DNA of 64,000 nucleotides from an uncultured Candidatus Saccharibacteria bacterium (GCA_964635125.1 CAZWMQ010000001.1:211272-275271); one strand, 5' to 3'. Positions 32,988 through 46,372 are shown, numbered from the stretch's first letter. The notes: generated by a model from the sequence alone, not told the origin. Numbers and translations: made by a program.

Positions 32988-34520
32988 ATGGAAAGTATTC
33001 AATTAATTATTGATATTGGGTTATTTTTAATATATTGTGCAGTATTTACTTTACTTTTGGCTTGGACTTGGAAGTTTTGAATGCTTTATGTAAATACTGA
33101 GTATATGAAATCTTTGAAATATTCATTATTAGAAATTAAATTACCTCGGGAGATTAATAAAAGTCCTGAAGCAGCGGAAATATTTTTACGAGCGGTTTAT
33201 GATGGAGGAGGACTTGGTCCATGGATAAAAGAGCAATGAAAAGGGGCCATGCCAGCGGTGACGGCTCTTGAGATAGTTTCTTTAGAAGGAGTGATACATT
33301 TTTATTTAAGATGTGAATCAAAGTTTAAACCAAGAGTTGAAGCCGCTATCTATTCACAATATCCGAATGTGGAAATAATTGAAGTTGAAGATTATGTTAA
33401 TTTGTTGCCAAAGATTGATAGGCATAATAAAGATGGGCATGGATTCTGAGGTAGTGATTGGAAATTATCTAAAACAGGTGGAATTGATGAATATGGTGAT
33501 GATAAAGAAAAGAAATTAGTGAAATTAGAATATGCTGGAGATATGTATCCTATAAAGACCTATAAAGATTGAGGATTAGATAAAGACCCTAAAGAAATGC
33601 ATAAGCACGACCCTTTAACTTATTTGCTTGAGCAATTTGGCTCAATTGGTGAAGGTGAATATTTCTGCCATCAAATCCTAATTCGTGATGCGGGTAAATG
33701 GAGTGATATTTATACTATTGAGAAAGACAAGAAAAAGGAAAGTGGAAAGAAATTGTCAGATTTAGTAAAGTTAGAAATAGATAAATATAAGAAGAAATGG
33801 TCTTTAAAGAAAAAAGGAGATAAGGAAAAAGATGAATGAGGTAATTATAAAGGTAAAACTATTAAAGATGCTGATGGAAATGAAAAAACAATTCCTTATG
33901 AATATACTGAAGATATTTTGACACCCAAAGCTATTCCACCGAACGAAAGAGAGGCAGATGCTAAAGAGAATTTAGAATTAATACAGAGAAAGATGGGTAA
34001 GCCACAAGTGATCGCTAAGATGAGGACTATTTATGTAAATAATGGTAAGACTGAAGCTAATATGGGTAGCCGTATTGCTATGTTAGGAGGAATTTTAAGA
34101 AGTTTCAATGAGGATGCTTTTAATACTATAGGTCCTGATATGTCAACTTTTCCAGATCCATTTGATTATCCATGGCAAGATCCGTATAAACATTATTCTG
34201 GGTGAAGAAAAGAGAATCTTTTCAATGCTTATATTTCTCGTGGGGGAATGTTCTCTTTGTCTGGGGGAATGGGGAAAGGATCTAAGAAGTTCTTAGATAA
34301 TGCTATGTTCAACACTCCTAATTATATTCGTAAAATATATACTGATATTTCAAATATATTATTTCATCCATTTTTACCAACTCGAAATAAATATGGCTAT
34401 ATCCTAAACTTAGAAGAATTAGCTACCCTTTATCATTTTCCAGGTGAAGTGGCGGCAACTCCTACTTTACCGAGAATTGATTCTACAAAGTCATCACAAC
34501 CATTTAATATTCCAACTTAA
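32988..34520 (+). CDS. Trp-rich membrane-anchored hypothetical protein (510 aa)
   Basis: ATG at 32988 with an N-terminal TM helix. Six in-frame TGA-Trp codons join track ORFs 33249, 33597, 33918 and 34248 in one frame. Confidence 0.5.
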
Positions 34521-34613
34521 TTTTTATATTTTTATTAATTTAAAAGTTTTATAGAAAAAATATTTATCATTTTTTAGATAAGTATTTTTATGTTATATTA
34601 AGCAATAAGATAT

Positions 34614-35741
34614 ATGCCACAAGATGATTTTCGAAATTTTTTATTAATTAGAAAGTTAGAAGAAGATAAGAAAAATCAGACTTTTTTTTCTAGATTGATT
34701 CAGATAAAATGATTGATATTATTAGTTATAATAATTGTTACTATAATTTATTTTATTTATTTTATTTTTTTTACTAAAGTTAATTTAAGTAACTTGTCAG
34801 TAGTTCAAGGATCTAACTTTTTTCAAATTAAAGACGGGGAGACTGTTAGTCAAGTCGGAGATTCATTGAAGAAATTTAATATTATTAAATCAGAGACGGC
34901 TTTTAAAATTTATGTTAAGACTTTTTCAAATCTTTCTCTAGTTCAAGCAGGAATTTATTCAATAAATAAAACTGACACTTTAGTCTCCTTAGCTAATAAA
35001 ATAATTAAAGCGCATTATGCTATACCTCCAGTTAAGATTACTATTCCAGAAGGAAGTGATAATTTAGAAATTGCTAAAATTATAAGCCAAGCTTTTAATG
35101 TTCCAAATAATTCTACTCAATTGGTTGATGATTATAGTATTACTAATATTTCAAATAAAATCTCTAATGATGAAGGGTATTTATTTCCAGAGACTTATGT
35201 ATTTTTACCAAATATTTCTTTAGATAAAGTGATTTCTAAGATGAAAAGTGAATTTTATTATAATTTAAAAAATATTTTTCAAAACGAAGCTACCGAATTA
35301 GGAATTTACTCTTTAGACTTGAATAAATTTAATATTAATGATTATTTTAATGATGGTGATGAGAGTGTTAATTTAAAGAAAAGATTTACGATTAAAAATG
35401 ATATTGGTACAATTACAGTTACTATTAAAGACGTTATTACTATGGCTAGTTATTTAGAGGGTGAAGTTAATAATGAAAATGATATGCGTAAAGTTTCTGG
35501 AGTATTATGGAATAGATTAAGATTAAATTATCCATTACAGATCGATGCTGCTACTAGTACTTATAAAGTTAAAGGTTTTACAACAACTCCAATTAATAAT
35601 CCTGGCTTAGTAGCAATTCGAGCAGCGATTAATCCTATTAATACTGGAGACATTTATTATTTGACTGGTAAAGATGGAAAGATGTATTATGCCAAAAACT
35701 ACACAGATCATCTTAGTAATATAAATAAATATTTAAGATAG
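34614..35741 (+). CDS. mltG: endolytic murein transglycosylase MltG (YceG family)
   Basis: N-terminal TM helix, ITIPEGSDNLEIAKII, GYLFPETY and LQIDAATSTY. One TGA-Trp near the start. The track ORF began at an internal TTG. Confidence 0.8.
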
Positions 35742-35787
35742 TATATTATTTTGAGTATTTAATTGTGTTATAATCAAAAAATATTTT

Positions 35788-36342
35788 ATGAAAGAAAGAA
35801 ATCTAGCTTTTATCGATGTGGAGACTACGGGGACTAATCCAGATCGCCATGAGATTATTGAATTAGCTCTAATTGTAGTTAAACAAATTGAAAGAGAAGG
35901 TCTAGGTCCTAAGATTGAGATTATTGGCGAATATGAATGGAAGATTAAACCAGAACATTTAGAGGATGCTGAAGAAGAAGCTTTACGTATCAATGGTTAC
36001 AATGAAGTTGATTGGATGTTTGCGGTATCTCTTAAGAAGGCTATGGAGGATTTTAATAATAAAGCTGAAAGTTGTACTTTTGTATCACATAATTTAACTT
36101 TTGATTATAGCTTTGTTCAGAAAGCCTATCAAAAGACTGATATTGAGAGTAAAATGCATTATGCAAAACTCGATACTATTTCAATTGCTTTTGCTCGCCT
36201 TTATGACGCACCTCAAGCTGATAAGTTTTCTTTGAAATTTCTTTGCGAATTATTAAAAGTCGAAAATAGTAAAGCACATACCGCCTTAGCTGATACAAGA
36301 GCGTTAGTTGAAGTGTACAAGAAATTAATGCGAGCGGTGTAA
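35788..36342 (+). CDS. DEDDh 3'-5' exonuclease (DnaQ-like)
   Basis: Exo I FIDVETTG, Exo II HNLTFD, Exo III HTALADTRAL. Confidence 0.75.
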   Translation: MKERNLAFIDVETTGTNPDRHEIIELALIVVKQIEREGLGPKIEIIGEYEWKIKPEHLEDAEEEALRINGYNEVDWMFAVSLKKAMEDFNNKAESCTFVSHNLTFDYSFVQKAYQKTDIESKMHYAKLDTISIAFARLYDAPQADKFSLKFLCELLKVENSKAHTALADTRALVEVYKKLMRAV

Positions 36343-36368
36343 TATAAATTTAATTGATATAAAAAAAT

Positions 36369-36986
36369 ATGAAAATAATTTTAATAGGCGGAGCACCAAC
36401 AACAGGAAAATCAACTTTAGCAAAGGATTTAGCTAAGCATTTCGATATTCCTTGGATTTCGACTGATCAAATAAGAGAAATTATGAAAGCCGTAGCAAAA
36501 GAAGAAGAATATAAGAATATTTTTAATACTAAAGGGTTTAATGTTAAAAGTTTTTATAAAAAATATTCTCCAAAAGAAATATCAAATATGGAATTTGAGC
36601 AAGGCAAGGAGGTTTGGAAAGGAGTAAAAGCTTTGATAAAACATGGCTGGGTATGGAGAGATGGATTTGTTTTAGAAGGTTTAAATATTTTACCAAGTTT
36701 AATAAATAGGGATTTTAAAGATGATAAGAATATAAAAAGTGTTTTTCTTATAGATAAAAATGAGGAAAGAATAAGAAAGGTAATTTTTGAGCGAGGATTA
36801 TGGGACGATCCAGAAAAGTATCCAGATTATATAAAAGAAAGTGAAATTGAATGGGTAAAATTATTTAATGATAAGATAACTAAAGAAGCCAAAAAATATA
36901 ATATGCCTTGTATTGAGGTTTTAGATCACAAAAAGGTATTTCAGAATACTTTAAAAATTTTAAAGGCAAAGAATAACACACCTTAA
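36369..36986 (+). CDS. P-loop NTPase / putative kinase
   Basis: Walker A GGAPTTGKST. No further family assignment. Confidence 0.5.
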   Translation: MKIILIGGAPTTGKSTLAKDLAKHFDIPWISTDQIREIMKAVAKEEEYKNIFNTKGFNVKSFYKKYSPKEISNMEFEQGKEVWKGVKALIKHGWVWRDGFVLEGLNILPSLINRDFKDDKNIKSVFLIDKNEERIRKVIFERGLWDDPEKYPDYIKESEIEWVKLFNDKITKEAKKYNMPCIEVLDHKKVFQNTLKILKAKNNTP

Positions 36987-37028
36987 AAAGGTTTTACTTT
37001 TTATATGTTTTAATATATATTTATTTTA

Positions 37029-38084
37029 ATGCAAAAAAGTAATTCAAAAAAGCAAAAAGTATTTGTTGGTATGTCGGGAGGTGTAGATTCTTCGGTCTCA
37101 GCTTTACTTCTGAAAAATCTTGGTTATGAAGTTACTGGTGTCTTTATTAAGGTTTGGCAACCCGACTTTATAGAGTGTACTTGGAGAGAAGATAGACAAG
37201 ATGCGATGCGAGTCTGTGCGCAATTAAATATACCTTTTATAACTTTAGATTTAGAGAAAGAATATAAAAAAGGTGTAATTGATTATATGGTGAGAGAATA
37301 TAAAGTCGGCCGAACTCCTAATCCCGATGTATTTTGTAATAAAGAAGTAAAGTTTGGAGCATTTCTTAATTGGGCGATCAAAAATGGAGCTGATTATGTT
37401 GCGACTGGACATTATGCTAGAATTAAAAATAAACAATTACTTCGCAGCAAAGATCTTAGTAAAGATCAAAGTTATTTTCTCTGGACTCTAAACTCTAAAC
37501 AACTCTCTAAAATATTATTCCCAGTTGGTAATTTATTAAAGACTGAGATACGAGAAATCGCTAAAGAAAATAATTTATATACTGCTAGCAAGAAAGATTC
37601 TCAAGGATTATGTTTTATTGGGAAAATCGAGATTAAAGACTTTCTTGGAAAATATTTAAAAAATAAATCTGGAATTATAATTAATGAAAATACTAAAAAA
37701 GAAAATGGTAAGCATAAAGGAATTGAGCTTTACACTATAGGTGAGAAAATTAATGGAAAATACATCGTTCGGAAAGATATAAAGAAAAATATTTTATATG
37801 TAGTTGATAATTTAGAAGAAGATAATTTAATAAATAACGAAATAAAGCTGACCGAGATTAATTTTACAGAAAATTTAAAAGTTAAGGGAATATATACACT
37901 TCAAGAGAGATATCATAGCCAAGAAGTTAAAATTAAAATAATAGAATTAAAAATAAATAAAAGTAGATCAGAATTATCTTTAAAATATAAATTATTAAGT
38001 TCTAATAATCTTCTATCTGTATCGGGACAATCTTTAGTGTTTTATAACAAACAAACCTTAATCGGCGGAGGGATTATTAAATAA
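37029..38084 (+). CDS. mnmA: tRNA-specific 2-thiouridylase MnmA
   Basis: PP-loop GMSGGVDSSV, and CNKEVKFGAFLNWA...GADYVATGHYA. Confidence 0.85.
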   Translation: MQKSNSKKQKVFVGMSGGVDSSVSALLLKNLGYEVTGVFIKVWQPDFIECTWREDRQDAMRVCAQLNIPFITLDLEKEYKKGVIDYMVREYKVGRTPNPDVFCNKEVKFGAFLNWAIKNGADYVATGHYARIKNKQLLRSKDLSKDQSYFLWTLNSKQLSKILFPVGNLLKTEIREIAKENNLYTASKKDSQGLCFIGKIEIKDFLGKYLKNKSGIIINENTKKENGKHKGIELYTIGEKINGKYIVRKDIKKNILYVVDNLEEDNLINNEIKLTEINFTENLKVKGIYTLQERYHSQEVKIKIIELKINKSRSELSLKYKLLSSNNLLSVSGQSLVFYNKQTLIGGGIIK

Positions 38085-38214
38085 TATTATTACGACATAT
38101 AAAAATAATTTGTAAAATCTATACTTACTAATTAGCTTGATATAATAATTGTATTACTAGCTATTATTAATAAACTTAAATGTTAGTAATTAATTTAATT
38201 AACAATTTATTTAT

Positions 38215-38898
38215 ATGAAAAAATATTTAGCCGAATTAGTCGGAACTGCAATTCTAGTTATAATTGGTTGTGGTACGGCGATTTTCGCTGGGAGTAGTGT
38301 AGGAGTATTAGGAGTTGCTTTAGCTTTTGGATTAGCTTTAGTTTTAGTTACTTATTTAATTGGTACTTTATCGGGGGCTCATGTTAATCCAGCAGTGACT
38401 ATCGCTTTAGCTTTAGTTCAAAAATTTCCTTGGAATAAAGTAGCTGGATATGTTATCGCTCAAATTTTAGGGGCATTAATCGGAGCGTCAATTTTATATG
38501 CTATAGCTTCAAATTTGGCTAATGCTAGTCAACTTATAATAAATGGAGGTTTTGCTACTAATGTTTTACATGGAGGAGTATCTGTAACAGCCGGTGCATT
38601 GGTTGAGATATTTATGACTATGATATTCTGTTTAGTAGTATTAGCTACCACTAGAAGTAATTGGCCATCAACTTGGACTCCAATTGCTTCAGGGCTTGCT
38701 CTATTTGCAGCTAATTTAGTAGCAATACCTTTGACCGGAGCTTCAATCAATCCAGCTAGAAGTATTGGTCCAGCTTTAGTCTCGGGTCACACTTCAGGAC
38801 TTACCTTATTTATAGTCGCTCCATTAGTTGGAGCAGTATTGGCTTACTTTGTACATATTTTTGTTATAGGGAAAGGGCATTTTCATTACGAAAATTAA
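38215..38898 (+). CDS. aquaporin / MIP-family channel
   Basis: Two NPA boxes (HVNPAVT and INPARS) and six TM helices. GC-richer than its neighbours, with 3 Trp all encoded by TGG. Confidence 0.85.
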   Translation: MKKYLAELVGTAILVIIGCGTAIFAGSSVGVLGVALAFGLALVLVTYLIGTLSGAHVNPAVTIALALVQKFPWNKVAGYVIAQILGALIGASILYAIASNLANASQLIINGGFATNVLHGGVSVTAGALVEIFMTMIFCLVVLATTRSNWPSTWTPIASGLALFAANLVAIPLTGASINPARSIGPALVSGHTSGLTLFIVAPLVGAVLAYFVHIFVIGKGHFHYEN

Positions 38899-38920
38899 TA
38901 AAGTATTTTTTTAAAAAAAA

Positions 38921-38950
38921 GAAAAGCCAATCTTTATTGGTTTTTTCTTG
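38921..38950 (+). terminator. Rho-independent terminator
   Basis: AAAAGCCAAT-cttt-ATTGGTTTTT followed by TTC. Confidence 0.6.
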
Positions 38951-39154
38951 CTTTATTATATTAATTATGATATATTTAAAGTTATATTGACGAGATGCTT
39001 ATCTTCTTTCCATCAGGTTTTGAGTTTTTGGGTGACTCAAGTCAATAATAATTTCGAAATTATTATTAATAAAATTTAAAAAACTTCTTAATATTACACT
39101 ATATTTTTAGTTTTTTTATTGTCTGTATTTTTTAATATCAACCTTTTATTTTAT

Positions 39155-42100
39155 ATGTCTAAGAGTAAGAACATTAATCAGAGTCTTTTAGTTGCTAATC
39201 TGCCTAAAAAGACTTTTTCTAATTTTAGAAAACCTTTCATTGAATTGCCAAATTTAGTTGAGAATCAATTAGCTTCTTTTAAAAAATTAATCGACGAGGA
39301 TTTAGGTTTAATTTTAAAAGAATTAAACCCTATTAAAGATTATACAGAAAAGAAATTTGAGTTAGAGATAACTTCCTTTGAATTAGCTGAACCTAAGATA
39401 ACTGAAGAAGAAGCTAAAAATAATAAATTAACTTATGAAACTCCATTAAGAGCTAGAATTTTATTAAAGAATAAAATATTAGGAACCGAAAAAGAGCAAG
39501 AAATTTTTTTAGCATCATTTCCCTTAATGACCGTTCACGGCTCATTTATTATTAATGGAGTGGAAAGAGTCATTATCCCACAATTAGCTCGTAGTGCCGG
39601 AGAATTTTTTAGTTTTGAAGAAATTAAAGGTAAAAAATATTTTGCCGCAAAAATTGTTCCTAATCGAGGGGCTTGGCTTGAAATTATAACTTCTGACGAT
39701 AATGAAATGTTTGTAAAAATTGATAAGAAAAGAAAGTTTTCAGTAGTTTCTTTTTTGCGAGCTATTGGATATGTAACAGATAAACAGATCTCCGAAGCTT
39801 TTAAAGAAATACCACTAGTCCATACTTATATTATGTCTTTAGTTGATAAAGATCCAATTAAAGTTGCCGAAGAAGCTTATATTGATATTTATAAAAAATT
39901 ACGAGATGGAGATTTGGCCTCAGCTGATAATGCTAAAGCTTATATTTCTTCTTTATTTACTAAAGAGAGATATGATTTATCGCCGATTGGAAGATTAAGA
40001 TTTAATAAGAGATTTGATTTATCTTTAGATAAGAAAGAGATGGCAAGATTAACTTTATCAAAAGAAGATATTGTTTTAATTATTAATCATTTAATTAAAT
40101 TAAATAACGATCCTGAAGCTGAGGCCGACGATATTGATCATTTAGCATCTAGAAGAGTTAGATTTGTGGGAGAAATGTTAGGTATGAAAGTTAAGAAAGG
40201 AATGCTACAAGTTAAAAGATATATACAAGAGAAGATGTCAGTGATTGATACTGATACAACTTTACCAGTAACAATTATTAACCAGAGACCTCTACAAGCT
40301 CGAATTAAAGAATTCTTTACCGTAAACCAATTATCTCAACTTATGAATCAGGAAAATCTTTTAGCAGAAATCGAAACTTTAAGAACCGTATCGGCACTTG
40401 GGCCAGGAGGAGTCTCTAAAGATAGAGCTGGGTTTGAAGTTCGCGATGTTCACACTTCTCATTATGGAAGAGTTTGTCCAATTCAAACTCCAGACGGAGC
40501 AAATGTCGGTTTAATTTTAAGATTATCGGCTTATGCTAAGATTAATGAGTTTGGTATTTTAGAAACTCCATATGTAAAAGTTGAAAAGGGAAAAATTACA
40601 AAAGAAATAGAATATTTAAATGCTTTACAAGAAGAGAATACAGTTATTGCACAAGCAGCTATTAATTATGATGAGAATGGAGTAATTAAGGATGAGTTAG
40701 TCCAAGCTCGTCGTGGTGCAAACCCAGCTATTGTTCATAAGAGTGAAGTTAGATATATTGATGTAGCTCCTAATCAGGCATATTCTATTGCTACTAATAT
40801 GATTCCATTTTTGGAACATGATGATGCAGCAAGAGCAAGTATGGGATCTAATATGCAAAGACAAGCTGTACCGTTAATTTTAGCTGAAGCTCCATATGTA
40901 GCTACTGGTATGGAAGAAGCAGCTTCAAAATATATAGGTAGATTAGTTTTAGCTGAAGAGGCAGGTGTGGTCAAGTATTTAGATGCAAATAAAATAATCA
41001 TAACTGATAATAAAAATAAAGATAAGACTTATAATTTAACGACTTTTTCTAGGACTAATAGTTTTACAGTATTTTATCAAAAACCAATTATTAATATTGG
41101 AGATAAAGTAAAAAAAGGCGAAGTTTTAGCCGACTCTTCATCATCTAATGGTGGTCAAATTGCTATCGGTCATAATATTAGAGTAGCTTTTATGAGTTGG
41201 AATGGAGCAAATTATGAAGATGCTATTATAATTTCTGAAAAATTAGTTAGACAAAAGAAATTCTCTTCTATACATATCGAAGAATTTATTTGTAATGTTC
41301 GTGATACTAAGTTAGGTGATGAAATCACTACTCACGATATTCCTAATGTTGGTGAAGCTAAGCTTAAAAATCTAGATGAGGATGGTATCATTCGTATAGG
41401 AGCGGATGTTAGAGCGGGAGATATATTAGTAGGTAAGATTACACCAAAAGGAGAAACTGAATTAACACCGGAGGAGAGATTGTTAAGAAGTATTTTCGGA
41501 GAAAAGATTAGAGATGTCAAAGACACTTCTTTACGATTAGATAATGGGAAAAGAGGTAGAGTTATAGGAATTAAAGTCTTTTCAAGAGATAGAGGCGATG
41601 TCTTAGATAGCGGAGTTATTAAAAGAATTCATATTGAGGTGGCTCAATTAAGAGATATTCAAGTTGGAGATAAATTGGCTGGACGACACGGTAATAAGGG
41701 TGTTATTTCAAGAATTTTACCTGAAGAGGAGATGCCATTTACTGCCGATGGTGAACCGATTGATATTATTTTAACCCCATTAGGAATTCCATCTCGAATG
41801 AATATCGGACAGATTTTAGAGATGCATTTAGGTTTAGCAGCTAAAACTTTAGATTATCAAGCTATTACTCCAGTTTTCGGTGGAGCTACTGATGATGAGA
41901 TTAAGGATGAATTAGAAGCTGCAGGATATGATAGAAGTGGAACAGTAGATCTTTACGATGGTAGAACTGGAGAAAAATTTGCTGATAAGATTGCGATTGG
42001 AATCATGTATATTCTTAAATTACATCATATGGTAGAAGATAAATTACATGCTAGAAGCATTGGTCCATATTCATTGATCACTCAACAACCATTAGGAGGA

Positions 42101-42421
42101 AAATCTCAAAATGGAGGCCAGAGATTTGGAGAAATGGAAGTCTGAGCACTTGAAGGTTATGGAGCAGCGCATACCTTAAGAGAGATGTTAACTATTAAAA
42201 GTGACGATATTGTTGGTCGAACAGATACTTACAATAGTATTATTAAAGGAGAACAGATTAAGAAGCCAAATGTCCCCGCCTCTTTAAATGTTTTATTAAA
42301 TACTTTACGAGGATTATCTTTAGATATAATTCCACTAATTAAAGATAATAAAAGAAATAAATTCAACAAAGAAGAGATTTATTTACAAGAAGATTTAATA
42401 GAATTAAAAGAAAATTTATAA
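39155..42421 (+). CDS. rpoB: DNA-directed RNA polymerase beta subunit
   Basis: Conserved blocks throughout. In-frame TGA at 42143-42145 is the universal Trp of [22 protein letters not shown] stop at 42419-42421. Confidence 0.95.
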
Positions 42422-42451
42422 TTCATCATAATAAATAATTAATATAAAAAT

Positions 42452-45400
42452 ATGAAAACTTTAGATACAACTAATTTCGATGCTCTACAAATAAAAATAG
42501 CTTCTCCCGAAGTAATTCGAGCTTGAAGTTTTGGTGAAGTTACTAAACCTGAAACTATAAATTATCGAACTGGGCGAAGCGAGAGAGCTGGGCTTTTCGA
42601 TGAGAAAATATTTGGTCCAGAAAAAGATTATGAATGTTATTGTGGTAAATATAGAAGAATTCGTTATAAAGATATTATCTGTGAGAAATGTGGTGTCCAA
42701 GTTACTAAATCAATCGTCCGAAGAGAAAGAATGGGTCATATTGAATTAGCTACTCCAGTTGCTCACATTTGGTTTTTAAGAAATATTCCTTCTAAGATAG
42801 CTTTAGTCTTAGGCGAAGCATCTGGACAGGTTGAGAAAGTTATTTATTTTGCTAATTATATTATCACTAGAGTTAATTTAGCGGAAAAAGAATTATTATT
42901 AAAAGATTTAGATAGTGAATTTAAAGCAAAAATTAAATCCGCTACTGATGATAAGACTAAAGAAAAATTAAAAGAATTATTCCAAGCAACTAAGAGAGAA
43001 ATCGATGAGATTAGACCGAATAAAATTTTAGATGAAGTTCTTTATCATAGATATGCTATGCGATATAGTTCGGCTTTTGAAGCTAGTATTGGACCGGAAG
43101 CAATTTATAATATTTTTAAAGAGATTAATTTAGATGAATTAGAAGCTTCTATTTTAAAAAGTTTAGAGAAGATTTCTTCATTAGATAGGTCTAAGCAAGA
43201 AAAAAGACTTTCATTAATTAGAGCTTTTAAAGTTTCAGAGATTAGACCAGAGTGGATGTTTCTAACCGCATTACCTGTAATTCCACCAGGAATTAGACCA
43301 ATGGTTACTTTAGAAGGAGGCAGATATGCCACCTCAGATGTAAACGATCTTTATCGAAGAGTAATTAATCGTAATAATCGTCTTTTGAAATTAAAAGAAA
43401 TTAATGCTCCAGATGTTATCTTAAGAAATGAAAAAAGAATTCTTCAAGAAGCGGTAGATGCTTTATTTGATAATTCTATGCGTAGAGGACAAGGGGCAAC
43501 TACTATTATTGGGCAAAGAAGACAATTAAAATCTTTAGCAGATAGTATAAAATCCAAATCCGGTCTATTTCGTCAAAATCTTTTAGGAAAGAGAGTTGAT
43601 TATTCTGGGCGAAGTGTAATTGTTATTGGACCAGATTTAGCCCTTGATGAGTGTGGATTACCTAAATATATGACTTTAGAGTTGTTTAAGCCTTTTGTAA
43701 TTTCTAAATTATTAGAGCGAGAATTTACTTTTAATATTCGAGGAGCTAATAAATTAATCGAAGATGGAATTCCAGAAGTTTGGGAAATCTTAGAAGAAGT
43801 AATTGAAGGTAAATATGTATTACTTAATCGAGCTCCGACTTTACACAGACTAGGTATTCAAGCTTTCAGACCTAAAATGATAGAAGGAAATGCAATTCAA
43901 CTTCATCCATTAGTATGTACAGCTTTCAATGCTGACTTTGATGGAGATCAGATGGCGGTGCATTTACCATTAGGTGAGGAAGCTCAGAATGAGGCTAAAA
44001 ATATTATGGCTTCGAATAAAAATTTATTAAAGCCAGGTTCTGGGGATTCAATTGTCAATCCAAGAATGGATATGTTACTTGGTTGTTTTTGGCTGACCAC
44101 TGAAGTTGAAGGATTAAAAGGAGAAGGAAAATATTTCGGTTCTCCAAATGAGGCAATCACAGCTAGTGAATTTGATTTAGTAGATATTAGAGCCAAGATA
44201 CAAGTAGTGCCATCTTCAAAAGAGAAGTATGCTAGGTTTAATGGAGAAAGATTTCAAACTACAGTCGGAAAACTTCTATTCAATTCAATTTTCCCAGATG
44301 ATTTTGAGTATATTAATGAGCAAGTTGGTATTAATTATATGAATAAGATTGTCGATCGTATAATTAATCAATATGGTTTTGAAAAAGCTCCAAAAATAAT
44401 TGATAAGATCAAATCTTTTGGTTTTAAATATGCTACTATTTCTGGAACAACTTGGGGAATTAATGCCGTTAGAGTTCCAAAAGACAAGAAAGAAATTGTT
44501 GACAGAGCTAAAAAAGAAGAAGAAAAGATAGTTGAATATTATGAACAAGGATTATTATCTGAAGAAGAAAGATACACTAAGGTAGTTGAAAATTGGTTAA
44601 AAACTAGAAAAGAAATTGAAGGCATCATGCCAACTGAATCTATAGATAAATATGGCTCAGTGTATAACTTAGTCACTTCTGGTGCCAGAGGATCTATGAA
44701 GCAATTAATACAAATTGGAGGAATGAAAGGTATCATTGTTAATTCCTCAGGAAAGAATATTGATTTTCCAGTAATTTCTTCCAATATAGAAGGACTTTCT
44801 CCAATTGAATATTTTATTACAACTTATGGAGCTCGTAAAGGAACATCTGATACCGCTTTAAAGACTGCTGAAGCTGGGTATTTAACTCGAAGATTGGTTG
44901 ATGTGGCTCAAGATATTATTATCACTGAAGCAGATTGCGGAACAAAGAAAACTGAATTAATGACTGCTGAGAATGTAATGGGTATTGAAATTCCATTAAT
45001 AAAAAATATTAGAGGCCGGGTCTTAGCTCAAGATTTAATTGGTAAAGATGGTAAAGTCTTATTCAAGAAGGGTTCTTTAATCAAGAAGACTGATCTTAAG
45101 AAGATTGAAGAAGCAGAGATTAAAGAAGCTCATATATATTCACCATTAACTTGTGAATCATTGTTTGGAGTTTGTCAGAAATGTTACGGAGAAGATTTAG
45201 CTCGTAATGAATTAATTAAAATTGGTGAGGCGGTTGGAGTAATTGCTGCTCAAGCGATCGGAGAACCTGGGACACAATTAACTATGAGGACTTTTCACTC
45301 TGGAGGTGTGGCTGGAGCTGATATTACTCAAGGGCTTCCAAGAGTAGCTGAAATCTTTGAGCGAAGAAATCCTAAGAATCCAGGAGTTATTTCATTATCG

Positions 45401-46057
45401 AATGGAGAAGTAGTAGAAGTCAAGAAAGATAAGAAAGATAAGAAGATTGTAGTAATGAGTGATGATGATGGATCTTATGATCAAGCTAAGAAAAAAGGTA
45501 TGAAAATAGAATATGAGATGTCATATTTTAGAAGAGCGATTGTTAAAGTCGGAGATAAAATTAAGAAAGGTCAAGCTTTAACGGACGGATCATTAAATAT
45601 TGAAGAATTATATGATTTAGCTGGTAAAGAAGTTTCTGAGAAGTATATTGTTAATGAATTAAATAAAGTTTATGAACTTCAAGGAGCATCTATTTCTCGA
45701 AAGCACATGGAATTAATTATTAAGAGAATGTTATCTCGTATTAAGATTAAAGATGTCGGAGATACTAACTTTACCCAAGGTGATATTGTTGAGATTGCTG
45801 ATTTTAAGATTGAGAATGAGAGAGTTAAAGCTGAAGATAAAAATATAGCCAAAGGAATAAATTTAATTTTAGGAATTTCAGATGTTGCTTTAACCACTAA
45901 TTCTTGGTTATCGTCAGCTTCATTCCAGCATACAACAAGAGTTTTAATAAACTCATCAACTCGAGGACAAATTGACAATTTGCGAGGTATAAAGGAGAAT
46001 GTAATTATTGGTAAATTAATCCCAGCCGGAACAGGGGTGAAAAATAAAGAGGAATAA
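42452..46057 (+). CDS. rpoC: DNA-directed RNA polymerase beta' subunit
   Basis: ATG at 42452. TGA at 42524-42526 is the conserved Trp of IRAWSFGEV. Zinc finger CYCGKY...CEKCGV, and NADFDGD. Confidence 0.95.
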
Positions 46058-46104
46058 GTTTATTAAATTATTATTAAATTATATATAATTATATTATAAA
46101 AAAT

Positions 46105-46146
46105 AAACCCTTGTTAGCTTAATTTAAGCTAACAAGGGTTTTAATT
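46105..46146. terminator. bidirectional Rho-independent terminator
   Basis: Perfect 18-bp inverted repeat AAACCCTTGTTAGCTTAA-ttt-AAGCTAACAAGGGTTT between convergent genes. Confidence 0.8.
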
Positions 46147-46372
46147 ATTTTCCCAATTTATTCCCCACTAATACTCCCAAAAAGAATATTAAATAGAGAA
46201 TTATTGTTCCAATAACTTTTTCTACCCCAAATAAGTTAGGGGTAAAAATTTTTGTAAATGATATTATGGTTGCCGAAACCAGCATTGGTATCAGCAGAAA
46301 AAATAAATCTCTTTTAGATAGTTTAAAAAAGATTTTTTTCTTTTTCGGGGTCAATTCTGTTTTAGTCTCCAT
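46145..46372 (-). CDS. small membrane protein (hypothetical)
   Basis: 75 aa with two TM helices. Confidence 0.35.
   Translation of the reverse strand: METKTELTPKKKKIFFKLSKRDLFFLLIPMLVSATIISFTKIFTPNLFGVEKVIGTIILYLIFFLGVLVGNKLGK

Noticed and set aside
31853-34520. Sigma/anti-sigma factor pair (HTH sigma-like protein followed by a membrane protein)
   Set aside because: The first protein has only a region-4-like HTH (no region 2). The membrane protein has its TM helix at the extreme N-terminus with no cytoplasmic anti-sigma domain.
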